Source: Octopus bimaculoides (Eukaryota). Taken from it: a stretch of DNA of 37,143 nt. A program made the position numbers and the translations under genes. Below the pieces are notes generated by a model. That model saw only the letters and a list, made by a program, of their open reading frames with translations. It had not been told where the DNA came from and searched no databases. Positions 22,296 to 32,943 of this stretch are shown here, one piece after another (within the stretch, counting starts at the first letter, position 1; each line of letters begins with the position of its first letter). The stretch covers positions 128,487,593-128,524,735 of the forward strand of contig NC_068981.1 of assembly GCF_001194135.2 (NCBI RefSeq), read 5' to 3'.

Positions 22296-23977
22296 TCAAT
22301 AGATTCGACATTATAGTTGTGAGTTACACCAACACAAAACATTCAGTAGTTATTCGTAAAAGTGCTTTAAAAATAACTTTTTTTAATGCGCGAGTGCATG
22401 TAAGTAACGAAAAGTAACTTAAATCGATAGGACCAACAAACAACAAGTGATTTTTTTTTTAAGTCTACGGCAAAATCTTATAAAATGACACTTCTAAAAG
22501 CTGTACAATTCACAAAATAAAGTTTTCTATTACTGTCTATAGTAGTCGTTCATTCGAATATATTCACCAAGTCATTATTATCAATGTGGTTATTTATTAT
22601 TACTTTTTTTTCTGGTTGACAGATTTTAACTTACACAACACAAAAGAAGTAAAACGAACGATATGTTGAAATATGACAACTTTGAAAGAAGTTGTCTGCT
22701 GATAACAGTTTGACAACTTTAACGGTTTCGTGTTATTTAACGAAACAGAGTGGAAACTGGATCGCAAAGTGCGTCGATGACCCGGTTCCGATACTCAATG
22801 AAATTGCTAACATTGACATCCATAACGGATATCATCACAACTATCCACTTAAACAGCTATGTTTTTGTTTTGTTTTTACTCCGAAGTACACAGAAAGTGA
22901 TGAGGTAGTATTTTTTTTTAGGACTGTTCTATCTCTACATTCCTTTTTCATTTCAAGCGTGAAGTCATTTCACTTGTCTTTACTTACATCACTGGAAAAT
23001 GCATGAATGTCAGATCTTCCACTTACTCTTATCCATCAGGGAATGAATGAGTACGGTTAATTTCATTGACGGGTATATCTGCCCATGAAAAGTTAAACCG
23101 TGATTTTGCCTCAACTTTTGTGTCAGGCCTAATTTTGCATAAGTGCGTGAATGAAATTTGCTTATGAGGTACAAATCCAGTTTTTCTAGAGGACGTTGAA
23201 AGCGTTTTCATAGCCCAAAAAAATTTTAGCGGGCGCTAGCGCACCCCACTGTTCTCGGGCCTAGTAAAATTTATTTTAATCTTTTTCCTTTTCCCACCCC
23301 CGCGTTAGTACAGTGAAAATAAAATACAAAAGTTAATTAGCTAAACTTAGTTATGTTCAGTTATTTATTAGATTTATAAATATAGAATATATATTCCCGC
23401 TACAAATTCTATAAAAATAACGAGTTCTTCTATAGGGGTACTTAGTATACAAAGAGAGAGAATGCAACAGGAATTTCTGTCCAGTGTTACGTCCAGATTC
23501 CAAACGAATACAAGAACGAGATCAAAAGAAAAATGTGATTTATAATTTTTTTTCAAGGAAATTAGTTACATAAGTTAAATGAAATAGTTGCAACTGGTTA
23601 TCGAACCGGGTCGCTGACACGGTTCACCGGGAATCGCAAAACAGCAAAATATTATCTAAATAGAGAGAGGGGAAAAATCCTTAAATTTATACATGAGATG
23701 AGAAGGTATTTGTGTGATGTCTCGGTATTTTTCAAAAAGCTTTACCAACATAACTGGAATGAAATGGATACAGCTGGGAATCGAAACCGGCTCACTGATT
23801 TATATTTTATTTATTCATTGTTTGTTCTTTTTATCAAAATCACAACATAAACAGACTTCGCATTCCGCATTATAAATACCTATTTCATATATGAAAACAT
23901 GCTTATATTCTGAACGTCAAAAGGAGAATAACAAACACTGAAGGAGACACTAAAGACATATAAAATTCATAACTTAC

Positions 23978-24022
23978 ATCCAAAAATATAGCCATTCCCT
24001 TTTCTGTGTTTTGTTCCGCCAT
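23978..24022 (-). CDS. Probable first coding exon of an unidentified minus-strand gene (MAEQNTEKGMAIFLD, phase-0 intron)
   Basis: Strong start context GCTGAAGATGGCG, 15 codons, then a consensus donor GAT|GTAAGT, inside a CpG-rich promoter zone. Product not recognised, and no in-frame second exon could be assigned. Confidence 0.6.
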
Positions 24023-24025
24023 CTT
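24016..24025 (+). promoter_or_regulatory. YY1-type motif CCGCCATCTT overlapping the minus-strand ATG
   Basis: Exact match to CCGCCATNTT. A related AAGATGGC surrounds the MORN1 ATG at 24226-24233. Confidence 0.55.
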
Positions 24026-24228
24026 CAGCTTTGCGGTTCGATGTTTGTTGAAAGGGATGAAACGAGAATTGGGTGGAGCTACACGAGACCGCGCTGCTAG
24101 TTCGGTTACCATTGACAACCGATTTGACAACTGAAGTTTGGTAAGCTGCCGTCACATGGTTTTTGTCGATGTCGGTGGCGACAGTAGTGATACTTTAAGT
24201 GTTTTGTACACGGTTAATACTGTTGAAG
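24023..24228. promoter_or_regulatory. Bidirectional promoter / 5' UTR region between divergent ATGs
   Basis: Divergent start codons 206 bp apart; CpG-rich and free of repeats. Confidence 0.6.
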
Positions 24229-24361
24229 ATGGCAGTGGAGATGGATTGCTCAAAGCAAAAAGAAGCTACTCGTGTTTCTTTGACGTTGAACAGTGAAGAC
24301 GTTAATGATATCATATATAGGGAAAAATACGAAGGAGAACAAAAGAAAGCGTTAAGAAACG
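24229..24361 (+). CDS. MORN1: MORN repeat-containing protein 1, coding exon 1 (MAVEMDCSKQ...REKYEGEQKKALRN-G)
   Basis: ATG in GAAGATGG context, 133 nt, donor G|GTAAGA. Joins in frame (phase 1) to exon 29177-29248 to give [28 protein letters not shown]. An alternative start at the second ATG (24241) is possible. Confidence 0.82.
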
Positions 24362-24982
24362 GTAAGATCACTAACTATAACCATGCAATCTTTATAATAG
24401 GATTTTGTCCTATGATAAAGACTGTAAGGAGTTGGTTTGGTTGAGACTAGATTTAACTGCTACACCGTCAGATCGAAATGACGAACTAAGTGCTTTCCAT
24501 TCCTGGAAATCTTTCGAGAACTGTAAAGCAGTGGATAGGGTGTTGTGAGTTAGAATCATTTGAGTTTCAGACACGCTGTTGCAGTATCTCGTCAGTACAA
24601 TAGGTGTAAATGTGTGTAATACGTAGTGGCATTCAAAATGAATTAAGACAGATTTTTGGAATAATAGGTCCGTTCTGCATATTTTGAATTTGAAAGTTAT
24701 GTCTAGTTGTGCTATTGTTACATACAACACCCTTTTCTTTATTTTCTCAGTTTGTCAACAGAAGGGTTTGGCTTCAACATTGCAGACCAAGATATACAGC
24801 CTCTTTTGCTTACAGCTTTGAACTGCAACTCTCTTCATGATATATGCAGTGCAATTCTAATCTATGTATGCTGTGGCTTACTGTCAATAAATACTATATG
24901 GCCCAGTGCACTGCTTTGCCCTGGGGACCAATAATGCTGCTAATATACAGCCCGAGGTGTATATGTTTACATGAAAGAAGGA

Positions 24983-25049
24983 TTGGTTTGTCAAAGTTTG
25001 GTTTGGTTTGTCAAAGTTTGGTTTGGTTTGTCAAAGTTTGGTTTGGTTT
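24983..25049 (+). repeat. 20-bp tandem repeat TTGGTTTGTCAAAGTTTGGT x3.35
   Basis: Identical copies at 24983, 25003 and 25023, partial copy at 25043. Confidence 0.95.
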
Positions 25050-25249
25050 CACCATTCCCAGTCACACCTTTAGCAATGCAAAGGCAAGATCAAGTCACCA
25101 GACTTTTGTTACTTGGATCAGTTCTACTTTAGGAGACTTCTACTATAAAAATAAACAATCAGACCTTTTAGGAGCAACTTACTGGATTGTTATACTGACC
25201 ACATTGTACTATTTAGTTTGCTACCCTGCCAAGTTTTGTCTGTCTAGAG

Positions 25250-25583
25250 CAGTGGTTCTCAATCAGGGTCCACATGGCACCTGAGAGTCCATATAAGATT
25301 TAGGGGGAGGCAGACACACACTACAAAATAGTATTTTAAGTGACCTTGAAAAAATTTTGTTTTAGATCTATGTATTGATATGTATTTCAAGAAACAGCTA
25401 GGTTTCTGTCTCTAACATTTTACATAGTTCAACCTATACGAGTTAATGTGTGAAAACCAAAATAGGAATTTTGAAAGGAGTTTCTATGAAACTAGTTTTT
25501 AAGCATCAAATGGCTGTCGGGGTCCACCAGAATAAGATAGTGATCAAAGGGGTCCATAGATAAAAAATGGTCGAGAACCCCTG
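25250..25583 (+). mobile_element. hAT-Charlie-type MITE with perfect 8-bp target duplication GTCTAGAG
   Basis: GTCTAGAG|CAGTGGTTCTCAATC ... GGTCGAGAACCCCTG|GTCTAGAG. NTCTAGAN is the established Charlie target preference. Confidence 0.92.
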
Positions 25584-25921
25584 GTCTAGAGAGTTAAGTG
25601 GTGGAGATGGTCAAGATGGAGTCTGTTGATGCATGACAACTTCAAATTTTGGGGATTTTACATTCATTCTTTTAATTCACTGTTATATACTGTTTCACAA
25701 ACCTCATGCAACCGTCCTATCTATTAAGAAAATCTCTGTTGTTGTTCTTGACATTCTTGTTTCGATATCAGATCAGTTCTGATGGAGCAGATATCTGGCA
25801 CAGAGGAAGTTATGTAAATGAATGCAAAACAGAAACCCTAAATCCACCAATTATATAGATATATCCTGTATATTATTTACAATAGACGGATGGGTGTCAT
25901 CATCTTGTTTGTTGTTATCAT

Positions 25922-25959
25922 GTTTTGGCTGATGTACTCTCCAGCCTTCATCAGGTGTT
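25922..25959 (-). ncRNA. Hammerhead ribozyme-like core, left arm (GAAA changed to AAAA)
   Basis: Minus strand: AACAC-CTGATGA-A-GGCTG-GAGAGTACAT-CAGCC-AAAAC. Confidence 0.6.
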
Positions 25960-26315
25960 CTTGTGGTATTTCGAACCCAACTCTTTATTTATCTAATGGG
26001 GTACACTGTTCTCTTTCTTAAGGTATGATGCTAATGTTATTTTTCTGTTGATATTACTTTTCAAATCCCTGTCTGGGATTGAACTTAGAATCTGAGGGTT
26101 AGTAGTCTGCGCTCTTATCCACTACACTATATGCCCGTTAGCATATAGCATTGTGGATGAGAGCGCAGGCTACTAACCTTCAGATTCTAAGTTCAATGCC
26201 AGGCAAGGACTTGAAAAGTAATATCAACAGAAAAATAACATTAGCATCATACCTTAAGAAAGAGAACAGTGTACCCCATTAGACAAATAAAGAGTTGGGT
26301 TCGAAATACCACAAG

Positions 26316-26353
26316 AACACCTGATAAAGGCTGGAGAGTACATCAGCTGAAAC
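26316..26353 (+). ncRNA. Hammerhead ribozyme-like core, right arm (CTGATGA changed to CTGATAA)
   Basis: Plus strand: AACAC-CTGATAA-A-GGCTG-GAGAGTACAT-CAGCT-GAAAC. Confidence 0.6.
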
Positions 26354-26460
26354 ATAACAACAAACAAGAAGAGGACCATATCCATCCATTGTAATTAATG
26401 TACATAATTCCTCGTCTCAAAAATATAGAATAATAATATCCTGTAAATCATCTGGTTTAA

Positions 26461-26663
26461 CGCTTTAGCATTTAAATTAGCCATACCTGGCACAAAATTT
26501 TCTGTTTTATATTCAGACATACCAGCTCTGGCCTCTCACACTTACCTAGCAATACCAATCAAAATATAAATAATCACAAAGCTATGAGATAATGCATGAT
26601 TAATTCACATCAATGTGAATGAATATGTACCACATTTGACAGAGTAACCTGAATGCTAACGGG
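26461..26663 (-). mobile_element. piggyBac-like MITE (same family as 6705)
   Basis: TTAA|CGCTTTAGCATTTAAA ... GACAGAGTAACCTGAATGCTAACGGG|TTAG; reverse complement of the 6705-6906 unit. Confidence 0.8.
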
Positions 26664-26905
26664 TTAGAGTTTGAAGATCAGTTAGCCACAAGTTTGTTCA
26701 GTAGGATTTGACATCTGCTCTGTATAGGTCATGTAATGATAATCAGGTACAAGTAACCTTTCATTTTCAACTGTGGTGACAATCACCTAAAAGTTTTTCA
26801 CCCCATACATGCCCTAACTATTATATTTTTAATAGCTCAACCCCTTTAAAGCAACATGATTTCTTTACTACTTGAAATTCATCATATGAGTAGTGCTTGA
26901 ACTGT

Positions 26906-27284
26906 GGAGGTGCAATGGCCCAGTGGTTAGGGCAGTGGATTTGCGGTCATAGGATCGCGGTTTCAATTCCCAGACCGGGCGTTGTGTTTGTTTATTGAGC
27001 GAAAACACCTAAAGCTCCACGAGGCTCCGGCAGGGGATGGTGGCGAACCCTGCTGTACTCTTTCACCACAACTTCCTTTCACTCTTACTTCCTGTTTCTG
27101 TTGTGCCTGTAATTCAAAGGGTCAGCCTTGTCACTCTGTGTCACGCTGAATATCCCTGAGAACTACATTAAGGGTACACGTGTCTGTGGAGTTCTCAACC
27201 ACTTGCACGTTAATTTCACGAGCAGGCTGTTCCATTGATCGAATCAATTGGAACCCTCGACGTCGCAAGCGACAGAGTGCCAAC
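26906..27284 (+). mobile_element. tRNA-derived SINE (family C), relatively young (CpGs retained)
   Basis: GGAGGTGCAATGGCCCAGTGGTTAGGG (A-box) and GGTTTCAATTCCC (B-box-like); 3' half shared with 33487-33802. Confidence 0.85.
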
Positions 27285-28240
27285 GAAGTGCTTGAACTAC
27301 ATTTAATAACTTCTGTTATGGATAACTGCAATACATCTGGATCACTTAAAATTTTGAGTTTTCATATTTAGATATTTATTTATTAATTACTACCAGATCT
27401 TGTACTTTACTATTGAATTGAACCTTATATATTTTTAACCATTCCACTGTATTAGCTGTATTATATTCAAGCCAAGTATATTTATGTACATTGACTGAGA
27501 TACAATACTAAGATTAGAACTCATACTCTTGTTGTTAGTTGTCCATTATTGTATCCTTTAAGTGCACCACTATTTATAATACAAGAAGATCCATACCTTG
27601 CTAGAGTCTTTATAGCCCATCTATCTAAAAATCAATGATTAATAAGCATAGGATTAGTTAATTTACCAAATATATGGCACAAGTCTAAACAGATATCTGG
27701 AATGAGAATATGATATTATATTGATAATATATTATAGGACATTGATTTACATATCAGCTTCACAACTAGGGATTTGAAATCATATTGTGATGATACAGAA
27801 CATTTCATAAATTTAGTATGTAACTGAATGTGGCACATGATGAGTCATATCTCTAGAGACATTTAACTCTATATCTGAGATAATAGGATTGTGTCAAAAT
27901 ACACTGAAAGAGTTCACAACCAAATAGATATCTGAGATATAATGGTCATCTTAATTTGTGATTCAGACAGTTAATTGAATGTATGGGATTGTTACTAAAA
28001 TTCATCTTGTAATTAAATATGAAACTACTAGATACTAAATTGAAAGTATCTGTGTATGTCAAAGGTTTATGAGCATACAGTAAATCAATGTAGGATGCTA
28101 TGAATATTCTAGACTACACTGAAAAGAAGACCGTCTGAGTGAGGGCCTTAATATACTTCCTCATGATATATTCCAACATAGACCTGCCAGTCTCTTCTCT
28201 GCCTTTTTTTATTGCTACTACCATAGCCTCTAACTTACAT

Positions 28241-28241
<1 letters not shown>

Positions 28242-28311
<70 letters not shown>
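28242..28311. repeat. (CT)n microsatellite
   Basis: Seen directly; source of the SLSLSL ORF 28139..28459. Confidence 0.97.
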
Positions 28312-28312
<1 letters not shown>

Positions 28313-29145
28313 GATCCACATCACTTCCCTTGTTTCTCCTTCTCTCAACATCCTTATTGTGTCTCTTCTCTCAGATCCAGCACTACACATTTTGCCCAGC
28401 CCTCTCTGGAATTTCTTCACAACCAAAGATCTTTTCCCTTCTTTCCTTATAGATATTAACCTACAGATGTTTGAGTTAAACATCAATAACAACAGTCTAG
28501 GGAAGCCCACAAAGGTCATGTGCACTATTCCTTCTTTGATGAAGATCTTTTCTTATGCCATATTTTGCCGTAAAGTGCATAGTGAAGTAGTTAAGTTTCT
28601 CTTACACAGCTGACCTTTTGACACTTTGAAAAGTGGTTGGCAAGAAAGAAGAAACTACTGCATATCTTCATCATTATCCCCAGTGTTTTACAATACTCAT
28701 TTTAATGCCTCAAAATTTAGTGTTCAGATCCCTATAGAGCTCAGATTTTACTTTTCACTTTCATTAAAGTAAGTAGCAGTAAGACAGTGGAGTCCAATTG
28801 AATTAGCAGTAACTACCACTCTCTAGAGCAATAGCCTTGTTCTTGGGTAAAAATTCACTTAATAAAATTAGTGCACTGTAATTAACTATGGGCATAAAAC
28901 ATGGTTAAGTAACAATTATACACTATAGGCAAACAACTGTAGAATATTCTGGTAAAAAAAAAAAAACTGGGAAGAGCTCTATCTTTGATAAATTGTTCTC
29001 TGAAGAGTTCAGTGATTTAATGATAAATTCTTGACAAATGAAATCTGTGGCTCAGATAACAGTTCGGGCAGTTTCATTTCTATTTCAGTACAGTCTTTAA
29101 GAAGAGAATGAATATTACATTTTCCTATATTTTTATACTCTGTAA

Positions 29146-29259
<114 letters not shown>

Positions 29260-29404
29260 TAAATGCTGAAAGTAACAGATATATTAATATATGCTGAATG
29301 AGTCCTGTAATCCTTTGAATCATTGTAGTACTTCATTATTATCATACAGTGTACCTAGTACAAATAAACTGTGTAGAGCCAACCTTTTTTAAAGTTCTTA
29401 TCAA

Positions 29405-29600
29405 ATTTACATGCTGGTGGCATGAAAAAAGCACCCAGTACACTCTATAAAGTGGTTAGCATTAGGAAGGGCATCCAGCCATAGAAATCATGCCAAAGAT
29501 GACAATGGAACTTGACATAGCCCTGCAGGTCACCAGTTCCCTGGCAAACTGTTCAACTCATGCCAGTATGGATAGGAGGCAATAAATGACAACAATGGCA
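29405..29600 (+). mobile_element. RTE-type 3' tail fragment
   Basis: GCACCCAGTACACTCTATAAAGTGGTTAGCATTAGGAAGGGCATCCAGC...CAACTCATGCCAGTATGG. Confidence 0.75.
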
Positions 29601-30460
29601 GCATTGACAAAGTAGAAGAAAGGGAAGCTGAATTCAACATGAATCATTTGTTATTGTCATTAGAGTGCTCAAAATGTTTACAGTAGGAACACTCTAATAC
29701 CTTGAAGTGCTTATTTGCATGTAGATTAACTGAACAATTGAAAATTGAGTGTTTTGATCAAGAAAAGCACATTGCTAGTGATTTGATTTCAGCTTTTTGC
29801 TAGTTCTGTTCATATAGCAAAGTGTGGTTTTCAATAACTCGTTTTAATAAAAAATTCTTTTTTCTCTCTGTATGCTCCAGCTGTTATCTCAATCCTTTTA
29901 TTCCCTATGTAAAAGCAGACATACATTGACTCAATTTATATGCTTATTAGATAGTTCAGATAGATGGAACCTTTTACTTGCAATGTTTCCTTCAAATCTT
30001 TGGAGAGAAAAGTGTGTTAATCACACATTCCTGAAGTGTAATATAAAAACAAAACTTGCATAGGATTACCAGCAATATGGCATAAATTCCTTAGCTATTT
30101 GGTAGGTTGATTCTGGCATATTGTCACATATAAGTGAATTCAAATATCTATTTATGTATCAGTGATAGTAATAAAAGGATTTTATTTGAAACCCAAATAA
30201 TCTGTTAGTATCAAAGTTTATTAAAAACCAGAAATTATTTTGCTTATTCATCAGTTCACTATTTAATTGTTTTCTATATTTTCTTTATTACAGCTTTCAA
30301 TATGTTTCTTATAATGAGAGTATTTGTGTGTCAGAGCTTGCAAGTTTAAAAGTCGAAATTATATACTTAAGATATGTACATATGTTTACTTAAAGTAACA
30401 TATCCTCTTTCCAATTGTATGCATGAAAATGAAAGATTAATTTTAAAATCAAACTTGTTA

Positions 30461-31732
30461 TTAGGTTGTCAAGTATGAAATTTGTAGTAAAATATATGGT
30501 AAACTTTGACAGCTGCTCATTTTGTGCCAGTATTATATTTTAACAATCTTTATTTTTTGTTAGAAAACTGACACCTCTATTTCTTTATTCTAGCTCATTT
30601 TGCACTTCATAAAGTATTTATAAATCGTTTTTTGCTATTTTTGTTTAGAGATGGATAAGTCAGAAATTCATACAGTTTTGAAATATGAGTTCTTTCTTGG
30701 AAATATAGCATTACAGACAGCTCAGAATATTAATGGAGTATTTCATTCCAATGTTTATTAAACAGCAGACAGTATCAAATTGGTTTGCAAAATTTTGTTC
30801 TGGTAACTTTGGCCTCACAAATAAGCAGCATGGTTCACCAGAAACAAAGGTGGATAATGACAAACTGAAAGCCATTGTCAAGTCAGATCCATCTCAAAGT
30901 GCCCATGAATTATCATTGTTGTTTGGTGTTAGCAAGAAAATAATATTGACTCACCTAGTTCAAATCAGTAAAGTGAAAAAGTTGGATAAGTGGGTTCCAC
31001 ATGAACTCAATGAAAATCAGAAACAACAACATTTGTAAGCCTGCATTATGCTACTTTCTCATCACAAAAATGAATCATTTTTTAATCAAATTGTAATGTG
31101 ATGAGAAATGGATCCAATACAACAACCGTAAACGTTCAGCACAATGGTTGGACAAAGATGAGCCACCAAAACACGGTCCAAAAAGCAAAATTCATCAAAA
31201 GAAGCTGATGGTAGGTGTTTGGTGGTCTTGCACAGGTGTGATCCATTATGATTTCATTAAAATGGCTCATCAATCACGGCTGAAGTATACTGGACCAAAT
31301 GATGCAGAAACTTACAAAAAAACAGCATAGATTAGTCAACAGATCCACTCCTATTTTATTGTCAGACAAGGCCAGACCACACATTGCAAAAATGACACTG
31401 GTGAAACTATAGGAGTTAGAGTTAGAAGTTCTTCATCATCCACCATACTCACTTGATCTTGCCCCCACTGACTACCACTTCTAGAATTTGGATAACTTTT
31501 TGATAGGAAACAAATTTAATTCCAACAATGCTGTAAAACAGGCCTTCCAAGATTTTATTGGCCCTAGATTGCCAGGCTTTTATAGTTCCAGGCTGGACAA
31601 GCTACTGCTGAAATAGCAAAAGTGTATTGACAACATGGGTGCATACTTAGATGAATAAAACTATTCCTTGTATTTATAAAACGTTAGCAAACTTTTTCTT
31701 CTTTTCTGTAAATTTCATACTTAACGACCTAA
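30461..31732 (+). mobile_element. Full-length but inactivated mariner (DD34D) transposon in MORN1 intron 2
   Basis: TA|TTAGGTTGTCAAGTATGAAATTT ... AAATTTCATACTTAACGACCTAA|TA; 1272 bp. Confidence 0.95.
30651..31658 (+). pseudogene. Mariner transposase pseudogene
   Basis: MDKSEIHTVLKYEF..., WVPHEL, CDEKW, SDKARPH and YSLDLAPTDYH with 34 residues between D2 and D3; frameshifts and at least four in-frame stops. Confidence 0.95.
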
Positions 31733-32158
31733 TATTTGCATTCACTTTTGCTACAGATTTATGTAGGAGAAGTGTGTGCGTGTGAGAAAGAGAAAGAGAG
31801 AGAATATATATGTGTGTGTATGTGTCTAAGAATATATATGCATGTATGTGTGTGTTTGTGGTTTATATCTTGCATTTTTTACACATTTATTTGTGCATCT
31901 GCTTAAGCAGGGCAGCACTTCTGTGTAAAAGTTACAAAAGGGCCTAAAATCACATGCAAACAGAGAAGAAAATTTAAACCCTTTTTACTGCAGAAATCAG
32001 ATATATCCACTCAAAATTTCATTACCCTTAACAGCAGAAAGCAGTTTTATACACCAATCTATCTTTTATTGAGGAATGTCATATTTGAAACTATTTTTTG
32101 TTGAGACAATGAAGTTTACTGAGACAACTTGACTTGCAAAAAATACCAATTCCGTTTT

Positions 32159-32195
<37 letters not shown>

Positions 32196-32283
32196 GTAGA
32201 CATTTAACATCATTACTGGTATAATCGTGAAATTTCATTTCACAGTTAAAGGATTAAGGCAAATTTATTGATCAAAACTTTAG

Positions 32284-32700
32284 AGGAGAGGCTGTGTGGT
32301 AAGAATCTTGCTTCCCAACTACATGGTTCCAGGTTCAGTCTCACTGTGAAAAAATTAGAGTCCTCAGAGCAAGCCCCGTCGGCTTGCATACGAAAAGCAT
32401 GGGCAACTGTCTTCTACTATAGCCTTGGGCCAACCAAAGCCTTGTGAGTGGATTTGGTTGATGGAAACTGAAGGAATCCCATCATATGTGAGTGTGTGTC
32501 TGTGTTTGTCCCCCACTACCATTTGACAACCAGTGTTGGTGTGTTTACACCCCCATAACCTAGCATATCAGTAAAAGAGATTGATAAAATAAGTACCAGG
32601 CTTTGAAAAATAAAAAATGTACTGGGATCAATTCATTCGACTAAAAGGCAGTGCTCCAGCATGGCTACAGTCTAATGACTGAAACAAGTAAAAGATAAAA
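32284..32700 (+). mobile_element. Composite SINE (family B), plus orientation
   Basis: GGCTGTGTGGTAAGAATCTTGCTTCCC...CCTTGTGAGTGGATTTGG...GCTCCAGCATGGCTACAGTCTAATGACTGAAACAAGTAAAAG. Confidence 0.85.
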
Positions 32701-32943
32701 GATTTGAAATGGAGATAAAAGTATACAAGAATTAAAAATGCAATCTTCCTGGTGTTAATTATGTGACTTGTTCTGACAAAGATACTGTGCAAGTGTATAT
32801 GATATAGCACTTAGTTCATCAAGCTGTCGACCAGAGAATGTTGTTTAGAAGCCACCTAGATACTCCCTCGTTATATTCTGTTTCATGTTCTTTACTTCAG
32901 TTTGTATGCATTTGATTTACAAAAGGACATATAAATGCATACT

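Larger units (their letters stand above)
25867..26404. mobile_element. Head-to-head palindrome of two tRNA-headed, Penelope-like-tailed units (arms ~265 bp, 6-nt loop)
   Basis: 25867-26134 is the reverse complement of 26141-26404 around loop CCGTTA. Each unit reads outward with A-box-like TAG(T/C)(G/A)T(A/T)GTGG, B-box-like AGTTCAAT(C/G)CC and a hammerhead-like core near the distal end. Confidence 0.9.

Noticed and set aside
23590-23795. B-box-like motifs (minus GGTTCGATAACC and GTTTCGATTCCC) suggesting tRNA genes
   Set aside because: No A-box, cloverleaf or terminator, and imperfect B-box spacing; at most decayed SINE heads.
23978-24022. Assigning the minus gene as RER1 or XRCC5/Ku80
   Set aside because: No RER1 similarity. 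The Ku80 resemblance rests on about 8 residues, and no following VG-starting exon was found.
24983-25049. 20-bp direct repeats as CRISPR
   Set aside because: Contiguous tandem copies with no spacers.
26906-26975. tRNA gene
   Set aside because: The tRNA-like head continues into a SINE body shared with other copies; no intact acceptor stem.
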